The notes: a model not told the origin generated them from the sequence alone. A stretch of 64,000 nt of DNA from a bacterium (GCA_018824305.1 JAHJGM010000059.1:51127-115126), one strand, 5' to 3'; numbered from the stretch's first letter, positions 1 to 10,235 are shown. Numbers and translations are program-made.

Positions 1-350
1 TTTTCAAGTAACAAAACCTCTCCATTTTTTAGTTCAGAGACTTTTTGCATCGCATCCTCACCTACGACGTCACTCGCAAGCACTACATCTCTTTTTAAAA
101 GCTGAAACAAACGTTTTTGAACGGGAGCTAATGAATATTTCTCATCAAACTTTCCTTCGGGACGTCCAAAATGTGAAGCAAGGATCACTGCACACTCTTG
201 ATCTAGACAATAGTTTATCGTAGCTAGTGCCGAACGTATACGGCGATCATCGGTGATGTTGTTATACTCGTCTGTCGGGACATTAAAATCACAACGGATA
301 AATACTTTTTTATTTTTTAAATCTAAATCTTTTATACTATATAGTTCCAT
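1..350 (-). CDS. pgk: Phosphoglycerate kinase, N-terminal part (3' end lies outside the window)
   Basis: Absent from the ORF track because it runs off the window. Reverse translation from ATG (complement of 348-350) gives [66 protein letters not shown]..., the conserved PGK N-terminus (R-x-DFNVP, D-RI, SHxGRP). It sits directly downstream of gap, the usual gap-pgk order. Confidence 0.85.
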   Translation of the reverse strand, partial: MELYSIKDLDLKNKKVFIRCDFNVPTDEYNNITDDRRIRSALATINYCLDQECAVILASHFGRPEGKFDEKYSLAPVQKRLFQLLKRDVVLASDVVGEDAMQKVSELKNGEVLLLE

Positions 351-360
351 TAAAACTCGC

Positions 361-1362
361 TTATTTAGAGATGTGAAGTGCCATATCGATAAGGCGGCAA
401 GAGTATCCCCATTCGTTGTCATACCATGCCATTACTTTTACCATATTGCCGCCTATGACTTGTGTCAAGTCATCAGCTACGATCGAGCTGTACGTCGAAC
501 CTACGAAATCCTGAGATACACGCATCTCTTCATCTACGAGTAAAAGCCCTTTTAGATCAGTCGCAGCTTTCTCTTTGAAAAGAGCACTCAGTTCCTCTTT
601 TGAAGTATTACGTCCAACTATTACATTTAAGTCGACCATAGAAACATCAGGAGTCGGTACACGAACACTTTGTCCGTGAAGTTTGCCTTGAAGCTGAGGA
701 AGCACAAGACCGATAGCTTTTGCTGCACCCGTAGTAGTGGGGATCATGTTGATAGCACCTGCACGTGCACGGCGTTTATCTTTAGAGTGTTTGACATCTA
801 AGATATTTTGGTCATTCGTATATGAATGAATAGTCGTCATCAGACCTTTTTCAATCTTAAATGCGTCGTCAAGAACTTTTGCAACAGGGCCAAGGCAGTT
901 CGTCGTACAAGAAGCGTTTGAAACGATAGATTGGCCGTCGTAAGTTTTTTCATTGACACCCATAACAAAAGTAGGTGTTTCTTTGTCTTGTGCAGGAGCT
1001 GAAAAAAGCACTTTTTCTATGCCGTTTTTTATATGTATCTGAGCACTCTCCTGTGATAAAAACACACCTGTACACTCTAAAACAATATCAGCACCGCAAC
1101 CTGCAAAATCAAGGTTTTTAGGGTCTCTGTCACAAAAAATCTTTACTTTATCATTTCCGATCTTAAGATAATTATTTTCTAATATCTCTACATCTTTTCC
1201 AAAATTTCCATGAACAGAATCATTATTTAAAAGATATACCATCATATCCAAACTAGCAGTATCGTTGATAGCCACTATCTCAACATCATCACGCTCCGAA
1301 GCTATACGAGCCACACAACGTCCAATACGTCCAAATCCATTAATTGCTATCTTTAATGACAT
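361..1362 (-). CDS. gap: Glyceraldehyde-3-phosphate dehydrogenase, type I
   Basis: 333 aa. NGFGRIGR Rossmann N-terminus, catalytic [10 protein letters not shown] motif and the [10 protein letters not shown]-terminal signature. Confidence 0.95.
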   Translation of the reverse strand: MSLKIAINGFGRIGRCVARIASERDDVEIVAINDTASLDMMVYLLNNDSVHGNFGKDVEILENNYLKIGNDKVKIFCDRDPKNLDFAGCGADIVLECTGVFLSQESAQIHIKNGIEKVLFSAPAQDKETPTFVMGVNEKTYDGQSIVSNASCTTNCLGPVAKVLDDAFKIEKGLMTTIHSYTNDQNILDVKHSKDKRRARAGAINMIPTTTGAAKAIGLVLPQLQGKLHGQSVRVPTPDVSMVDLNVIVGRNTSKEELSALFKEKAATDLKGLLLVDEEMRVSQDFVGSTYSSIVADDLTQVIGGNMVKVMAWYDNEWGYSCRLIDMALHISK

Positions 1363-1442
1363 ATCATTCCTTACCCATAAACGTTAAAATTGGGGTTATT
1401 TTAGCAAAAATTTGCTATAATTTTGTTTAAAGGCGCCCTGCA

Positions 1443-1982
1443 ATGAAAACTATAGCTCTTTTTGGCGGTTCTTTCGACCCACCCCATCTTGGTCATATCG
1501 GTGTTGTTAATGCAGCGTTATCAAGTTTAGATATAGACAAAGTTATAGTCATGCCGACCTATCTAAACCCTTTTAAAGCAAAAGTCTGTGCACCGCCGGA
1601 ACTGCGTTTAAAATGGCTTAGACAGATATTTTCCGCAAATACAAAAGTGGAAGTGGATGATTTTGAACTTACATGTAAGCGTAAAGTCCCTAGTCTGGAA
1701 ACCGTGCAGCACCTAAAAAAGAGATATGAAAACATCTATCTCATCATTGGTGCGGACAACCTTGCAAGCCTAGAGAAATGGTATGCCTACGAAGAACTCT
1801 GTAAGCTTGTGACTTTTGTCATAGCTTCAAGAGACAAGATAGAGATACCGAGTGAGTATATTCACTTACATGTGGATGAACCCATAAGTTCAACTGATTT
1901 AAGAGAAAATATTAAAAAAGAGTTTTTACCTGCTGAAATAGCCGATGAAATAGAAAAATTTTACAAGGAATACAATGGATAA
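1443..1982 (+). CDS. nadD: Nicotinate-nucleotide adenylyltransferase
   Basis: 179 aa. GGSFDPPHLGH nucleotidyltransferase (H/T)xGH motif and ISSTDLR near the C-terminus. 8-nt overlap with rsfS, the usual nadD-rsfS pairing. Confidence 0.9.
   Translation: MKTIALFGGSFDPPHLGHIGVVNAALSSLDIDKVIVMPTYLNPFKAKVCAPPELRLKWLRQIFSANTKVEVDDFELTCKRKVPSLETVQHLKKRYENIYLIIGADNLASLEKWYAYEELCKLVTFVIASRDKIEIPSEYIHLHVDEPISSTDLRENIKKEFLPAEIADEIEKFYKEYNG
1669..1678. repeat. TTACATGTAA iterated palindrome, perfect copy 1 of 13
   Basis: Context aaCTTACATGTAAGcg. Inside nadD, read as L-T-C-K. Confidence 0.9.
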
Positions 1983-2295
1983 AAGAGTAGAAAAAATATC
2001 TAATATTTTAGATGCGAACAAAGCTGAGGCTATAGAGGTTTTTGATCTTAGAAATAAAGATTATTTTGTTAATTATGTCGTTATCGCTTCATCTTTAGGT
2101 CAACGCCATACGGAAGCTTTACTTGACCATCTGAAAAAAGGGCTCAAACCTGAAGAAGAGTTCTTGTACATTGATGAAAGCAGCGATTGGATAGTTGCTG
2201 ATCTTGGAGATATCCTGATCCATATCATGACTCCTGAATTTAGAGTCAAATATGATATGGAAAGTTTTTTGACCGGACTCGGAAAAGCGCAGTAA
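1975..2295 (+). CDS. rsfS: Ribosome silencing factor RsfS (iojap-like)
   Basis: 106 aa, typical RsfS length. DWIVADLGDILIHIM matches the family core (W...D.GD..vH.f). Positioned after nadD. Confidence 0.85.
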   Translation: MDKRVEKISNILDANKAEAIEVFDLRNKDYFVNYVVIASSLGQRHTEALLDHLKKGLKPEEEFLYIDESSDWIVADLGDILIHIMTPEFRVKYDMESFLTGLGKAQ

Positions 2296-2302
2296 TCAAG
2301 AA

Positions 2303-2467
2303 CTATTCTTGAGAACTGTTGCCATCTGAGCTGTCTGAATGATCTACAGAGTTCTCAAAAACTCTACTAATATCTTCTCCCCATCCATTAACGGTTGCTT
2401 TCATCTCTTTTGCAGAGCAACCTGTCAATAATACAAGTGCCGCCAAACTCATCAATATATATCTCAT
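2303..2467 (-). CDS. Small predicted lipoprotein (54 aa), unknown function
   Basis: Below the ORF-track cutoff. Reverse translation: MRYILMSLAALVLLTGCSAKEMKATVNGWGEDISRVFENSVDHSDSSDGNSSQE*. It has a signal peptide plus an LLTGC lipobox. Its ATG overlaps the TGA of the upstream gene (ATGA at 2464-2467). Confidence 0.5.
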   Translation of the reverse strand: MRYILMSLAALVLLTGCSAKEMKATVNGWGEDISRVFENSVDHSDSSDGNSSQE

Positions 2468-3273
2468 TTTTCGATCCATCCTTTTGTTATTATCTTGTTA
2501 TCATCGTCAAATATCTTAATTTTAAAAGTCTCTTCACACTTTCCGGATTTTATATCGTATACTACCATCTGCAAGATTTTTTTACAAGATTTCGGAATCT
2601 CAAAATGTCCTTTTATTCCCGTAAAAAAAGTATCTAAAGGAACTTTTTTATCCATTCCTATGACATTATCCCGACATCCAGTAAGACCGATATCGCTCAA
2701 ATAAGCAGTACCCTTTGATATCTGCAGATCATCACTGCTTACATGTGTATGAGTTCCGCAGATGGCACTTACACGTCCTTCTAACAACATCATCATAGCA
2801 CGTTTTTCACTTGTTGCTTCTGCATGAACATCTACAAATATATTTGTCACGCCATCTGTATGTAAAGCATTGACGGCATCATCGGCACATCGAAAAGCAT
2901 TATCGACATAGGGCATCCCGTAATGCCCCATAACATTTAAGACTGCCAGTTTCTCACCCTTGACTTCATAGATCTTTAGTCCTGTTCCTGCAACACCGCT
3001 TGGATAATTATGCGGGCGCAAAATCTCATATTTGTCAAAAAGATCGAATATCTCTCTTTTGTCAAAAGTGTGATTCCCGCCTGTCATCACATCCACACCC
3101 GATTTAAAAAGCTCTTCGGCATTTTTTTTCGTAAGTCCGAATCCATGTGAAGCATTTTCATAATTTGCTATCACAAAGTCGATACCATGCTCCGTACAGA
3201 GTTTTTTAAGATGTTGTTGAATCATCACTCGTCCCGGACGACCTACGATATCTCCTATAAACGCTATTTTCAC
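2464..3273 (-). CDS. YmdB-like metallophosphoesterase (TIGR00282 family, 2',3'-cyclic-nucleotide phosphodiesterase-like)
   Basis: 269 aa. The MKIAFIGDIVGRPGR N-terminus, GNH and GTHTHV metal-binding motifs are typical of YmdB-family calcineurin-like phosphoesterases. Confidence 0.85.
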   Translation of the reverse strand: MKIAFIGDIVGRPGRVMIQQHLKKLCTEHGIDFVIANYENASHGFGLTKKNAEELFKSGVDVMTGGNHTFDKREIFDLFDKYEILRPHNYPSGVAGTGLKIYEVKGEKLAVLNVMGHYGMPYVDNAFRCADDAVNALHTDGVTNIFVDVHAEATSEKRAMMMLLEGRVSAICGTHTHVSSDDLQISKGTAYLSDIGLTGCRDNVIGMDKKVPLDTFFTGIKGHFEIPKSCKKILQMVVYDIKSGKCEETFKIKIFDDDNKIITKGWIEK

Positions 3274-6263
3274 AATAAGACCTTTGACTTGGTATTTCTT
3301 AGATACTCCAATGTTGCTTTGATGATATCGTCATCATCTTTACTCTTTGCAGTTATACTCTCTTTCGTGTCGTCCTGATAGATAAACGTGATGTTTTGAG
3401 CATAAGATGTCACTGTTTTGATCTTTTTATCCAGACTTAAAAGTTTGATGACCATCAGTTCAAAGAACTGTTTTGTCACATCATCGAGTGAACCGAATCT
3501 ATCGACACTCTCCTCTTCTATCTCATATATTTCAGTTACCTCTTCTGCCTGTGAAAGACGGCGATACAGATCAAGTCTGAGCCTGTCTTCACTCACGACT
3601 GCATCGGAGATATAAGCACTGATTGCAAGTTTGATATCTACTTTTGCTTTTTTCTCCTCAACATTATTGCTGAGTTCTTTTATGGCGTCCTCAAGCATTC
3701 TGAGATAAAGCGAATAACCGATGTTTTTGATATGTCCGCTTTGTGCATCGCCCACAAGATTTCCGCCGCCTCTTATCTCTAAATCATGATACGCAAGAAC
3801 TGAACCGCTTCCTAAAAACGAGTTTGACTCTAGAGCAATCAGACGTTTTTTTGCTTCATCCGTGATATTCTCTTTGTCTTCGACGATGAAATAGGCGAAC
3901 CCCTCTACATTAGAGCGTCCTACACGTCCGCGAAGCTGATGCAGGTCTGCGATACCAAAACGGTCTGCACCGTCTATGATCATCGTATTGACCGAGGGCA
4001 TGTGGATACCTGATTCTATGATGGATGTCGCTATCATGAGGTCATATTCACGGTTTTCAAACTTCAATAGCTCTCGTTCAGTATCTGCAGATGAGACTTG
4101 CGAATGAAGCATCACCATACGAAGTTCCGGAAGCAGTGCTTTTAGCTCGCCATATTTTATAGGCATATGGTCGATCGAATTATGTACGTAAAAGACCTGC
4201 CCGCCGCGGCGGAGTTCACGAAGGATTACCTCTTTGACCAGCTTTTCGTCATAGCTTTTGACAAACGTCCTCACACCCTGACGTTCGATTGGAGGAGTCT
4301 GCAACGTACTCATAGTCTTGATGGAACTCAGCGCCTGATTGAGTGACCTAGGGATCGGTGTCGCACTCATTGAAAGCATATGGATATTGTTATAAAGTTC
4401 TTTGATCTTCTCTTTTTGTTTTACTCCGAACTTGTGTTCCTCATCTACGATTACAAGCCCGAGATTTTTAAATGTAACGCTAAAAATAGCATGAGTGCCT
4501 ACGACTACATCTATTATTCCCTCTTTTAAGGCAATCAAGATATTTTTTTTCTCTTTATCTGAAATAAATCGGTCAAGTTTTGCGACCCTGATTCCAAGTT
4601 CATCGAATCTTCTATCCAACGATTTATAATGCTGTGAACTTAAAAGTGTAGTAGGAACGATAAGAGCACTTTGATAACCAGCTTTACATGTAGCATAAAT
4701 AGCATTCATCGCGACCTCTGTTTTACCAAAGCCCACATCGCCGCTAAGAAGCCTATCCATAATATGACCGCTTGATATTTCGGTAAGGATCTCATCTATC
4801 GACTGTTTTTGATCATCCGTATAATCAAATCCGGCAGATGACTGAAAATCTCTTATCGCACTTTTTGAAAACTCTATCTTCGGAGCCTTTATCAGTGCGC
4901 GTGCCGCTGCCGTATTTACAATTGATGAAGCTATCTCGAAAAGTTTTGTTCTTACACTCTCTTTGAGCTTTGCGAAACTTCCCTTGCCGAGCCTGTCCAA
5001 AACAGGAACGGAACCGCCGCCTGCGATATATCTGTCGATATAGTCAAGATTTTCAACGGGAAGCAGGACTTTATCATCGCCGATATAGCGGATGACGATA
5101 AAATCTTTTACCCCGCCGAGTATCTCCATCTGATCGATCTTTTCAAAGATACCCACACCGTAATCTTCATGTACCACATAATCGCCCGGTTTTAGATCGT
5201 CAAGAAGAATAGATGTTTTTCTGCGACGGCGTTTTTTCTCAGGCTTGTTCAGCGATATTACAAGTTCATTATCACCGATCACATTTAAAATAATAGGACT
5301 GTAAAGAACATCGATACCTTTTAGATCAAATATGCCCGATTGCTTTATCTGAGATTCATTGGAAGCGATCAGCTTTATTTTTTTGTTTTTATGCACATTG
5401 AGTATCGTTTTTACATCTGTCACTATAACAGGATGGTATGCATCCTCCTCGGGAATGATCTCGACATTGAACATCTCTCTTGGTATCTGCGGATCGTTAA
5501 GTCCGTATGCCTCGTCTAAAACAGCATCTAGCTTATGGATGAGTTTTGATTTTTTGCCCTCTAAGAAGTTTTCTGCCAATTCTTCAAGATGCCAAAAACC
5601 AAGTGAAGCCAAATCTTTTACAAAACTGTCACTGTCGCTTTGCAGGATTTTCTCTTTTAAAGAGTTAAACTGATCTTCATCAAGAGAATAGAAGGCAGAG
5701 GTTATTTCAAAACTCTCCAGCTCTTCGCCGATAGTTCTTTGTGTTTCAAGTTCAAACTCTTTTATCTGCTCGATCTCATTGTCAAATAAAGAGATCCTGA
5801 TAGGGTTTTGAGCAGAGGGAGAATAGATATCTATAATATCACCGCGAAATGAGATCTCTCCTTCCATCTGAACGATATCTACAAACTCGTATCCCCAAAA
5901 GAACATCTGTTCTTTGAACTCTTTAAGATCGATGGTCGAACCAAATTCAAGTGTAGTCGATTGCAATAATTCCTGTTTAGGAAATGGGAACAGCAGGGTT
6001 TTAAGAGGAGAGATGACAAGCGGTTTTTTTTCGCTTTTATAATATGTTCTGAGTGCTAAAAAAAGTTCGAAAAGTTCCTCTTTGAAAGGACGAAGATCAT
6101 CTTTGAACCTTGCTCTAAAATCCGGAAAGACAATGTGATCTAATTTGAAGTATTTTGCCACATCGGCCAGTAGGGATGCCTCTTTGGAATCTTGACATAT
6201 CAAGAGATCCAAAGATGGCTTTTTTTCAGTTTTTAAGTACTCAAATAAACGTGTTTGCGGCAA
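3270..6263 (-). CDS. mfd: Transcription-repair coupling factor
   Basis: 997 aa. CarD/TRCF RNAP-interaction region (DYVVHEDYGVG), superfamily-2 helicase motifs (GDVGFGKTEVA, DEEHKFG, SATPIPR) and a TRG-like region. Confidence 0.95.
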   Translation of the reverse strand: MPQTRLFEYLKTEKKPSLDLLICQDSKEASLLADVAKYFKLDHIVFPDFRARFKDDLRPFKEELFELFLALRTYYKSEKKPLVISPLKTLLFPFPKQELLQSTTLEFGSTIDLKEFKEQMFFWGYEFVDIVQMEGEISFRGDIIDIYSPSAQNPIRISLFDNEIEQIKEFELETQRTIGEELESFEITSAFYSLDEDQFNSLKEKILQSDSDSFVKDLASLGFWHLEELAENFLEGKKSKLIHKLDAVLDEAYGLNDPQIPREMFNVEIIPEEDAYHPVIVTDVKTILNVHKNKKIKLIASNESQIKQSGIFDLKGIDVLYSPIILNVIGDNELVISLNKPEKKRRRRKTSILLDDLKPGDYVVHEDYGVGIFEKIDQMEILGGVKDFIVIRYIGDDKVLLPVENLDYIDRYIAGGGSVPVLDRLGKGSFAKLKESVRTKLFEIASSIVNTAAARALIKAPKIEFSKSAIRDFQSSAGFDYTDDQKQSIDEILTEISSGHIMDRLLSGDVGFGKTEVAMNAIYATCKAGYQSALIVPTTLLSSQHYKSLDRRFDELGIRVAKLDRFISDKEKKNILIALKEGIIDVVVGTHAIFSVTFKNLGLVIVDEEHKFGVKQKEKIKELYNNIHMLSMSATPIPRSLNQALSSIKTMSTLQTPPIERQGVRTFVKSYDEKLVKEVILRELRRGGQVFYVHNSIDHMPIKYGELKALLPELRMVMLHSQVSSADTERELLKFENREYDLMIATSIIESGIHMPSVNTMIIDGADRFGIADLHQLRGRVGRSNVEGFAYFIVEDKENITDEAKKRLIALESNSFLGSGSVLAYHDLEIRGGGNLVGDAQSGHIKNIGYSLYLRMLEDAIKELSNNVEEKKAKVDIKLAISAYISDAVVSEDRLRLDLYRRLSQAEEVTEIYEIEEESVDRFGSLDDVTKQFFELMVIKLLSLDKKIKTVTSYAQNITFIYQDDTKESITAKSKDDDDIIKATLEYLRNTKSKVLL

Positions 6264-6300
6264 ATCTTATCCTATAAAAAATTGCCGTATTTTAACATAT

Positions 6301-6696
6301 CTAGCTTACTTTAGCCGAAGAGTTTGTTTTTATTTTACTGTCACCCTCAAAAATACCTTTTGCTTCTATAATTAATTCAGATGATGTGATAGTACCTACG
6401 ACATGGCCGCCGGCTTTAATATGTACTTTGTCTGCATCGACAGTTCCATCGACCTTGCCTTGAATTATAAGATACTTCGCGATTATATTTCCTTTAACAT
6501 GCCCATTCTTACCGATGTTAACATTTTTTTTAGAGTTGATGACTCCCTCAAACTCTCCGTCAACATATAAATCGCATTCTAGGTTTACTTCTCCCTTAAT
6601 GAAAGCACCGACGGTAATGATTGTTGTACTTGCGTCTGTGCCGTTGTTGTTGTTATTACTCTCAGGTTTGATGTCGCTGTTATTAAAGATTGCCAT
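6301..6696 (-). CDS. ccmA: Bactofilin (polymer-forming cytoskeletal protein, CcmA-like)
   Basis: 131 aa. Repetitive beta-helix pattern (G.V.G.I....L.I.G.V.G.V) typical of bactofilins, with an Asn-rich N-terminal tail. It lies immediately downstream of an M23 peptidase, as csd1-ccmA does in H. pylori. An SD-like GAAGGAAG lies about 12 nt upstream of the ATG. Confidence 0.8.
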   Translation of the reverse strand: MAIFNNSDIKPESNNNNNGTDASTTIITVGAFIKGEVNLECDLYVDGEFEGVINSKKNVNIGKNGHVKGNIIAKYLIIQGKVDGTVDADKVHIKAGGHVVGTITSSELIIEAKGIFEGDSKIKTNSSAKVS

Positions 6697-7553
6697 GGTA
6701 TATTTTCTTCCTTCTCAAAAATTTCTTTGTAATTTTTCACACTCCACTTTACAAAGTAAACTGGATTTAAGGGTCTTTGTATAAATCTGATCTCATAATG
6801 TAGATGAGGACCATTGCTCATACCACTGTTTCCGGTATATGCGATGAGAGCACCTTTTTTTACAAATTGTCCTGATTTTACCACAACTTTGTTTAGATGT
6901 CCAAAATATGTTTTAAATCCGAAGCTATGGTCCAAGATAACCAAATTTCCGTATCCGCTTTTTTCATGTAAGCCTGCATATTCAACCAAACCATCAGCAG
7001 TTGCGTGCACAGGTGTATCCATTTCTGCTTTCATATCACTTCCGCGATGAAACTCACGAGTATGAAGAGTCGGATGGATACGATATCCAAAATCGCTTGT
7101 TATCCCTTTATATTCGATAGGAGAACCGTTTGGAACAAGTTTCATTAAAACTGCCACCTGTTGCGATGTAACCTTTGTCATATCCGCTCTCTCAAGAAGA
7201 GGAGTACCTTTTGGAGGGTTCAAACCGATCAAATCTTCTATGTCTTCGAGCTTATCCGAGACACTCTGCAGTTCATCTTTTTTGTCATCAAGCTTTTGCT
7301 GCGTTTGTTCAATTGAGGCTCTTAGTTCATCGTTATGCTCGTCTAAAATCCTATATGCTTCTTCCAACTTGCTCTTTTTCTGGGCTACAGCATCAACTTT
7401 ATAATCAAGATAAAGTATTGTTGTCACTGCGATCAAAGCCAATGTCATTAAAAAAACAACAGCATAAGCAATCGCTTTTTTTACAAATTTATGTAAATTT
7501 ATCTGACTGAAACTATTATCATCATGAATGGTAATCGTAAATCTTTTATCCAA
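6585..7553 (-). CDS. M23 family metallopeptidase (LytM/Csd-like) with N-terminal TM segment and coiled coil
   Basis: 322 aa. HxxxD (HRGSD) and GNSGMSNGPHLHYE M23 motifs. The N-terminal membrane anchor is followed by an E/K/Q-rich coiled coil. The last 112 nt overlap the bactofilin gene in another frame. Confidence 0.85.
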   Translation of the reverse strand: MDKRFTITIHDDNSFSQINLHKFVKKAIAYAVVFLMTLALIAVTTILYLDYKVDAVAQKKSKLEEAYRILDEHNDELRASIEQTQQKLDDKKDELQSVSDKLEDIEDLIGLNPPKGTPLLERADMTKVTSQQVAVLMKLVPNGSPIEYKGITSDFGYRIHPTLHTREFHRGSDMKAEMDTPVHATADGLVEYAGLHEKSGYGNLVILDHSFGFKTYFGHLNKVVVKSGQFVKKGALIAYTGNSGMSNGPHLHYEIRFIQRPLNPVYFVKWSVKNYKEIFEKEENIPWQSLITATSNLRVITTTTAQTQVQQSLPSVLSLREK

Positions 7554-8697
7554 TATAACCCTTTAAAAAACTCTCGGCAACACTAAATGAACCAAAAACA
7601 AGATAATCAAGATTTTCATCAATCGATGCAAAATCTTTATATGGTAGAGATAACTCTTTCAAAGTTGATTCTAAAATATCTTTCTGGACTATTCTATCCT
7701 CATCCACTTTTATGATCTCAACCGAATCTATTATAGGTTTTAATAGAGTCAAAATGGACTTAAAATCCTTATCTTTATAGGTATTATAGATAAGTGTAAC
7801 TTTTCTACCATGCAAAGAGTGCGCAATTGCACTAGCCGCCAAGGCATTATGTCCAACATCCAGATATATGTTTGATGCGACTTTACTGAGTCTGCCAAAA
7901 AGTCTAGCATCCAAAAAATCGCCCGTATTATAATCAAACCCAAGAGCTAAAAGTGCCCTGACTGCTAAAGCAAGGTTATCCTTGAGGTAATTTGTCAACT
8001 CCAATCTTTCAGCTATAGCATCGATCTTCTCGACATTCTGCGGATCCAAATCTTTTATAAACAAGAGATCACTGTTATGTTTCCGTGCTATTTCTGTTGC
8101 TATAAAGTAGACCTCTTCATGCTTTTGAAGGCCTATAATCGCTTTTTTGTCCATTACATTTAATTTTGTAGTTGCGATACTTTGTATGCTTTCCCCTAAA
8201 AATGCCTGATGATCAAAATCTATCGGCGTAAAAACAGAAAGTTCTTTATCAAATACCGCTGTTGCATCATATTCGCCTCCAAGTCCGGCTTCCATTACGA
8301 TATAGTCGCAATCAGAAAAAACTACCATTGCAAGAAGCGTCGTGTACTCGAAATAACTAAGAGCGTCTCTATCCTCTTTGCCAAGAAGTTTATAGAGTTT
8401 TTGATGTGCTGCCTCAAGTTCTTTATCATTGACATCTGCGCGGTTTTTCCATATGCGTTCATTAAATTTTAAAATATGCGGAGATGTGTAATGTCCGACT
8501 TTAAAGCCCTTATGAAAGAGTGCGGTTGCCAAAAATCTGCCCGTTGTACCTTTGCCGTTGGTGCCGACTAAATGTATTATTTTACCATGCGGCAGTTTTG
8601 ATTTTATCTTTTCATAGATGCGAGGCATTCTTTCATAATCAATTTTTTCATAAAAAAGCGGTTTATCCTCTAAAAACTGATTTAATGTTTGGCTCAT
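7546..8697 (-). CDS. folC: Folylpolyglutamate synthase / dihydrofolate synthase
   Basis: 383 aa. Mur-ligase-type P-loop GTNGKGTT followed by HYTSPHI, characteristic of FolC. Confidence 0.85.
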   Translation of the reverse strand: MSQTLNQFLEDKPLFYEKIDYERMPRIYEKIKSKLPHGKIIHLVGTNGKGTTGRFLATALFHKGFKVGHYTSPHILKFNERIWKNRADVNDKELEAAHQKLYKLLGKEDRDALSYFEYTTLLAMVVFSDCDYIVMEAGLGGEYDATAVFDKELSVFTPIDFDHQAFLGESIQSIATTKLNVMDKKAIIGLQKHEEVYFIATEIARKHNSDLLFIKDLDPQNVEKIDAIAERLELTNYLKDNLALAVRALLALGFDYNTGDFLDARLFGRLSKVASNIYLDVGHNALAASAIAHSLHGRKVTLIYNTYKDKDFKSILTLLKPIIDSVEIIKVDEDRIVQKDILESTLKELSLPYKDFASIDENLDYLVFGSFSVAESFLKGYIG

Positions 8698-10235
8698 TGA
8701 GGTTCAACTCTATTTCTTCCATTTTTCTTTGCAACATACAGGTATTCATCCGCAGAGTGTATAGTAGCTTTGCGTGAAGGAAATTTTGCCCTTTCGCTGA
8801 CACCCGCACTTACGGTTACATCTATACGTTTGCCTTGGTACATAAATTTGGAATCTTCGAGATGTTTACGTACCTTATTTGCAAAAACAATACCGCCTTT
8901 TGTGTCTGTCTCACTCAAAAGAGCCATAAACTCTTCTCCGCCGTGTCTGCCTACAACATCAACGGTTCTGCATTCAAGCCTTAAAATATTCGCAAATGTT
9001 ATTAAGACTGCATCTCCTGCTTCATGTCCAAACTCATCATTTACTTTTTTAAAAAAATCAATATCAAAAATAACTACTGAATAATTTCGTCCATATCTTT
9101 CAAATTCACTCTCTTTTATCTCTAAATAGCCATCAAGTGCACGCTTGTTAAAAAGTTTTGTTAAAAAATCTTCACGAGACGCTTTTTTGGCATCTTCCAG
9201 CTCTTTTTCCAACAGCTCTATCTTCTTACCCAAAAGCTTCACTTCATCATCTTGTGCCTGCAGATCTTTACTGAGTGCAGCCGTATTTTCTTCTAATGCA
9301 ATAGCAATGGCATAAAGTCTGTTGTGAGCGGTTTTAAAATCTAAACTGTTTTGATGATTTAAATCATCAAGGTCACTTTTGATCTCTTTTATCTCACTGT
9401 TGGATTGATTGGATTTTTCTATCATCTCAATTAATTGCAGAGACAACTTGTCAAGTACAGTGTCTAAAGATTGGATCATCTCTTTTAATGCACCTTTGTC
9501 AAGTGCTATACGAAGCCTTATCGCTGATTTAATCTCTTTTTCTATAGCTTCTGATGTCAAAAGCTCAGGATTTTTTCTTAAATTGTCGCTGATCTTTGCT
9601 ATTTTGTCATTGACGCTTGATGCGATCGAGGGAACCAAAGAGGCAATAATTATTGCCGCAATATGCTTTAAGTCACTCTCCTTTGCCCCAGACTTTTGAT
9701 GTGCCAGATTTTCAATCGTAAATTTCAGATCATTTGCATGGACTTTACCCATAGGTTTTAAATTGTTTAAAAAGGCATCGTCATAACTAGTTATAAAATT
9801 GACCCACAGTTGGCGATAGCTTTCATACTGTTCTTTTGAAGCATTTGGAGTATTGATAATATCTATACTTTTTCTTGCAAGCGCTGCTGCTTCTTTATTA
9901 TGAAGAAGTTCAATGGCTTCTAGGACTCTTTTTGTTAAAAGCTGGTTTTCAGAGAGTATCGTTGCGCAATTTGTAGGATTCATTCGATTGAGTTTAGAGA
10001 TCAAATATCTGACCAGTTCTTGAGTCGTTTTTAAATGATACTGCTTCAACTCTTGCTGATACTCTTGATTTAAAGTATTCGCATATTTATCGACTTGATT
10101 ACAATCTTCTAAGATCATCCCTGCAAGTTTAGCCTCTTTACAAAAAGCCTCTGCATAAAAATCGGGAGTCAAAAGTTTATTCTCTCTTTTTAATCTTTCA
10201 ACTGTGCTTTTAATAATACCGTTTATTGTCATCAT
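8694..10235 (-). CDS. Diguanylate cyclase (GGDEF domain) with long N-terminal helical/coiled-coil region
   Basis: 513 aa. The C-terminal GGDEF domain has active site GGEEF and an RxxD I-site (RTVD) five residues upstream. 4-nt ATGA overlaps with both neighbours (lptE upstream, folC downstream). Confidence 0.85.
   Translation of the reverse strand: MMTINGIIKSTVERLKRENKLLTPDFYAEAFCKEAKLAGMILEDCNQVDKYANTLNQEYQQELKQYHLKTTQELVRYLISKLNRMNPTNCATILSENQLLTKRVLEAIELLHNKEAAALARKSIDIINTPNASKEQYESYRQLWVNFITSYDDAFLNNLKPMGKVHANDLKFTIENLAHQKSGAKESDLKHIAAIIIASLVPSIASSVNDKIAKISDNLRKNPELLTSEAIEKEIKSAIRLRIALDKGALKEMIQSLDTVLDKLSLQLIEMIEKSNQSNSEIKEIKSDLDDLNHQNSLDFKTAHNRLYAIAIALEENTAALSKDLQAQDDEVKLLGKKIELLEKELEDAKKASREDFLTKLFNKRALDGYLEIKESEFERYGRNYSVVIFDIDFFKKVNDEFGHEAGDAVLITFANILRLECRTVDVVGRHGGEEFMALLSETDTKGGIVFANKVRKHLEDSKFMYQGKRIDVTVSAGVSERAKFPSRKATIHSADEYLYVAKKNGRNRVEPQ

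Noticed and set aside
253-543. 96-aa plus-strand ORF spanning the pgk/gap junction
   Set aside because: It lies entirely antisense to two strongly supported minus-strand genes (pgk N-terminus, gap C-terminus). It has no SD and a low-complexity composition. It is a shadow ORF.
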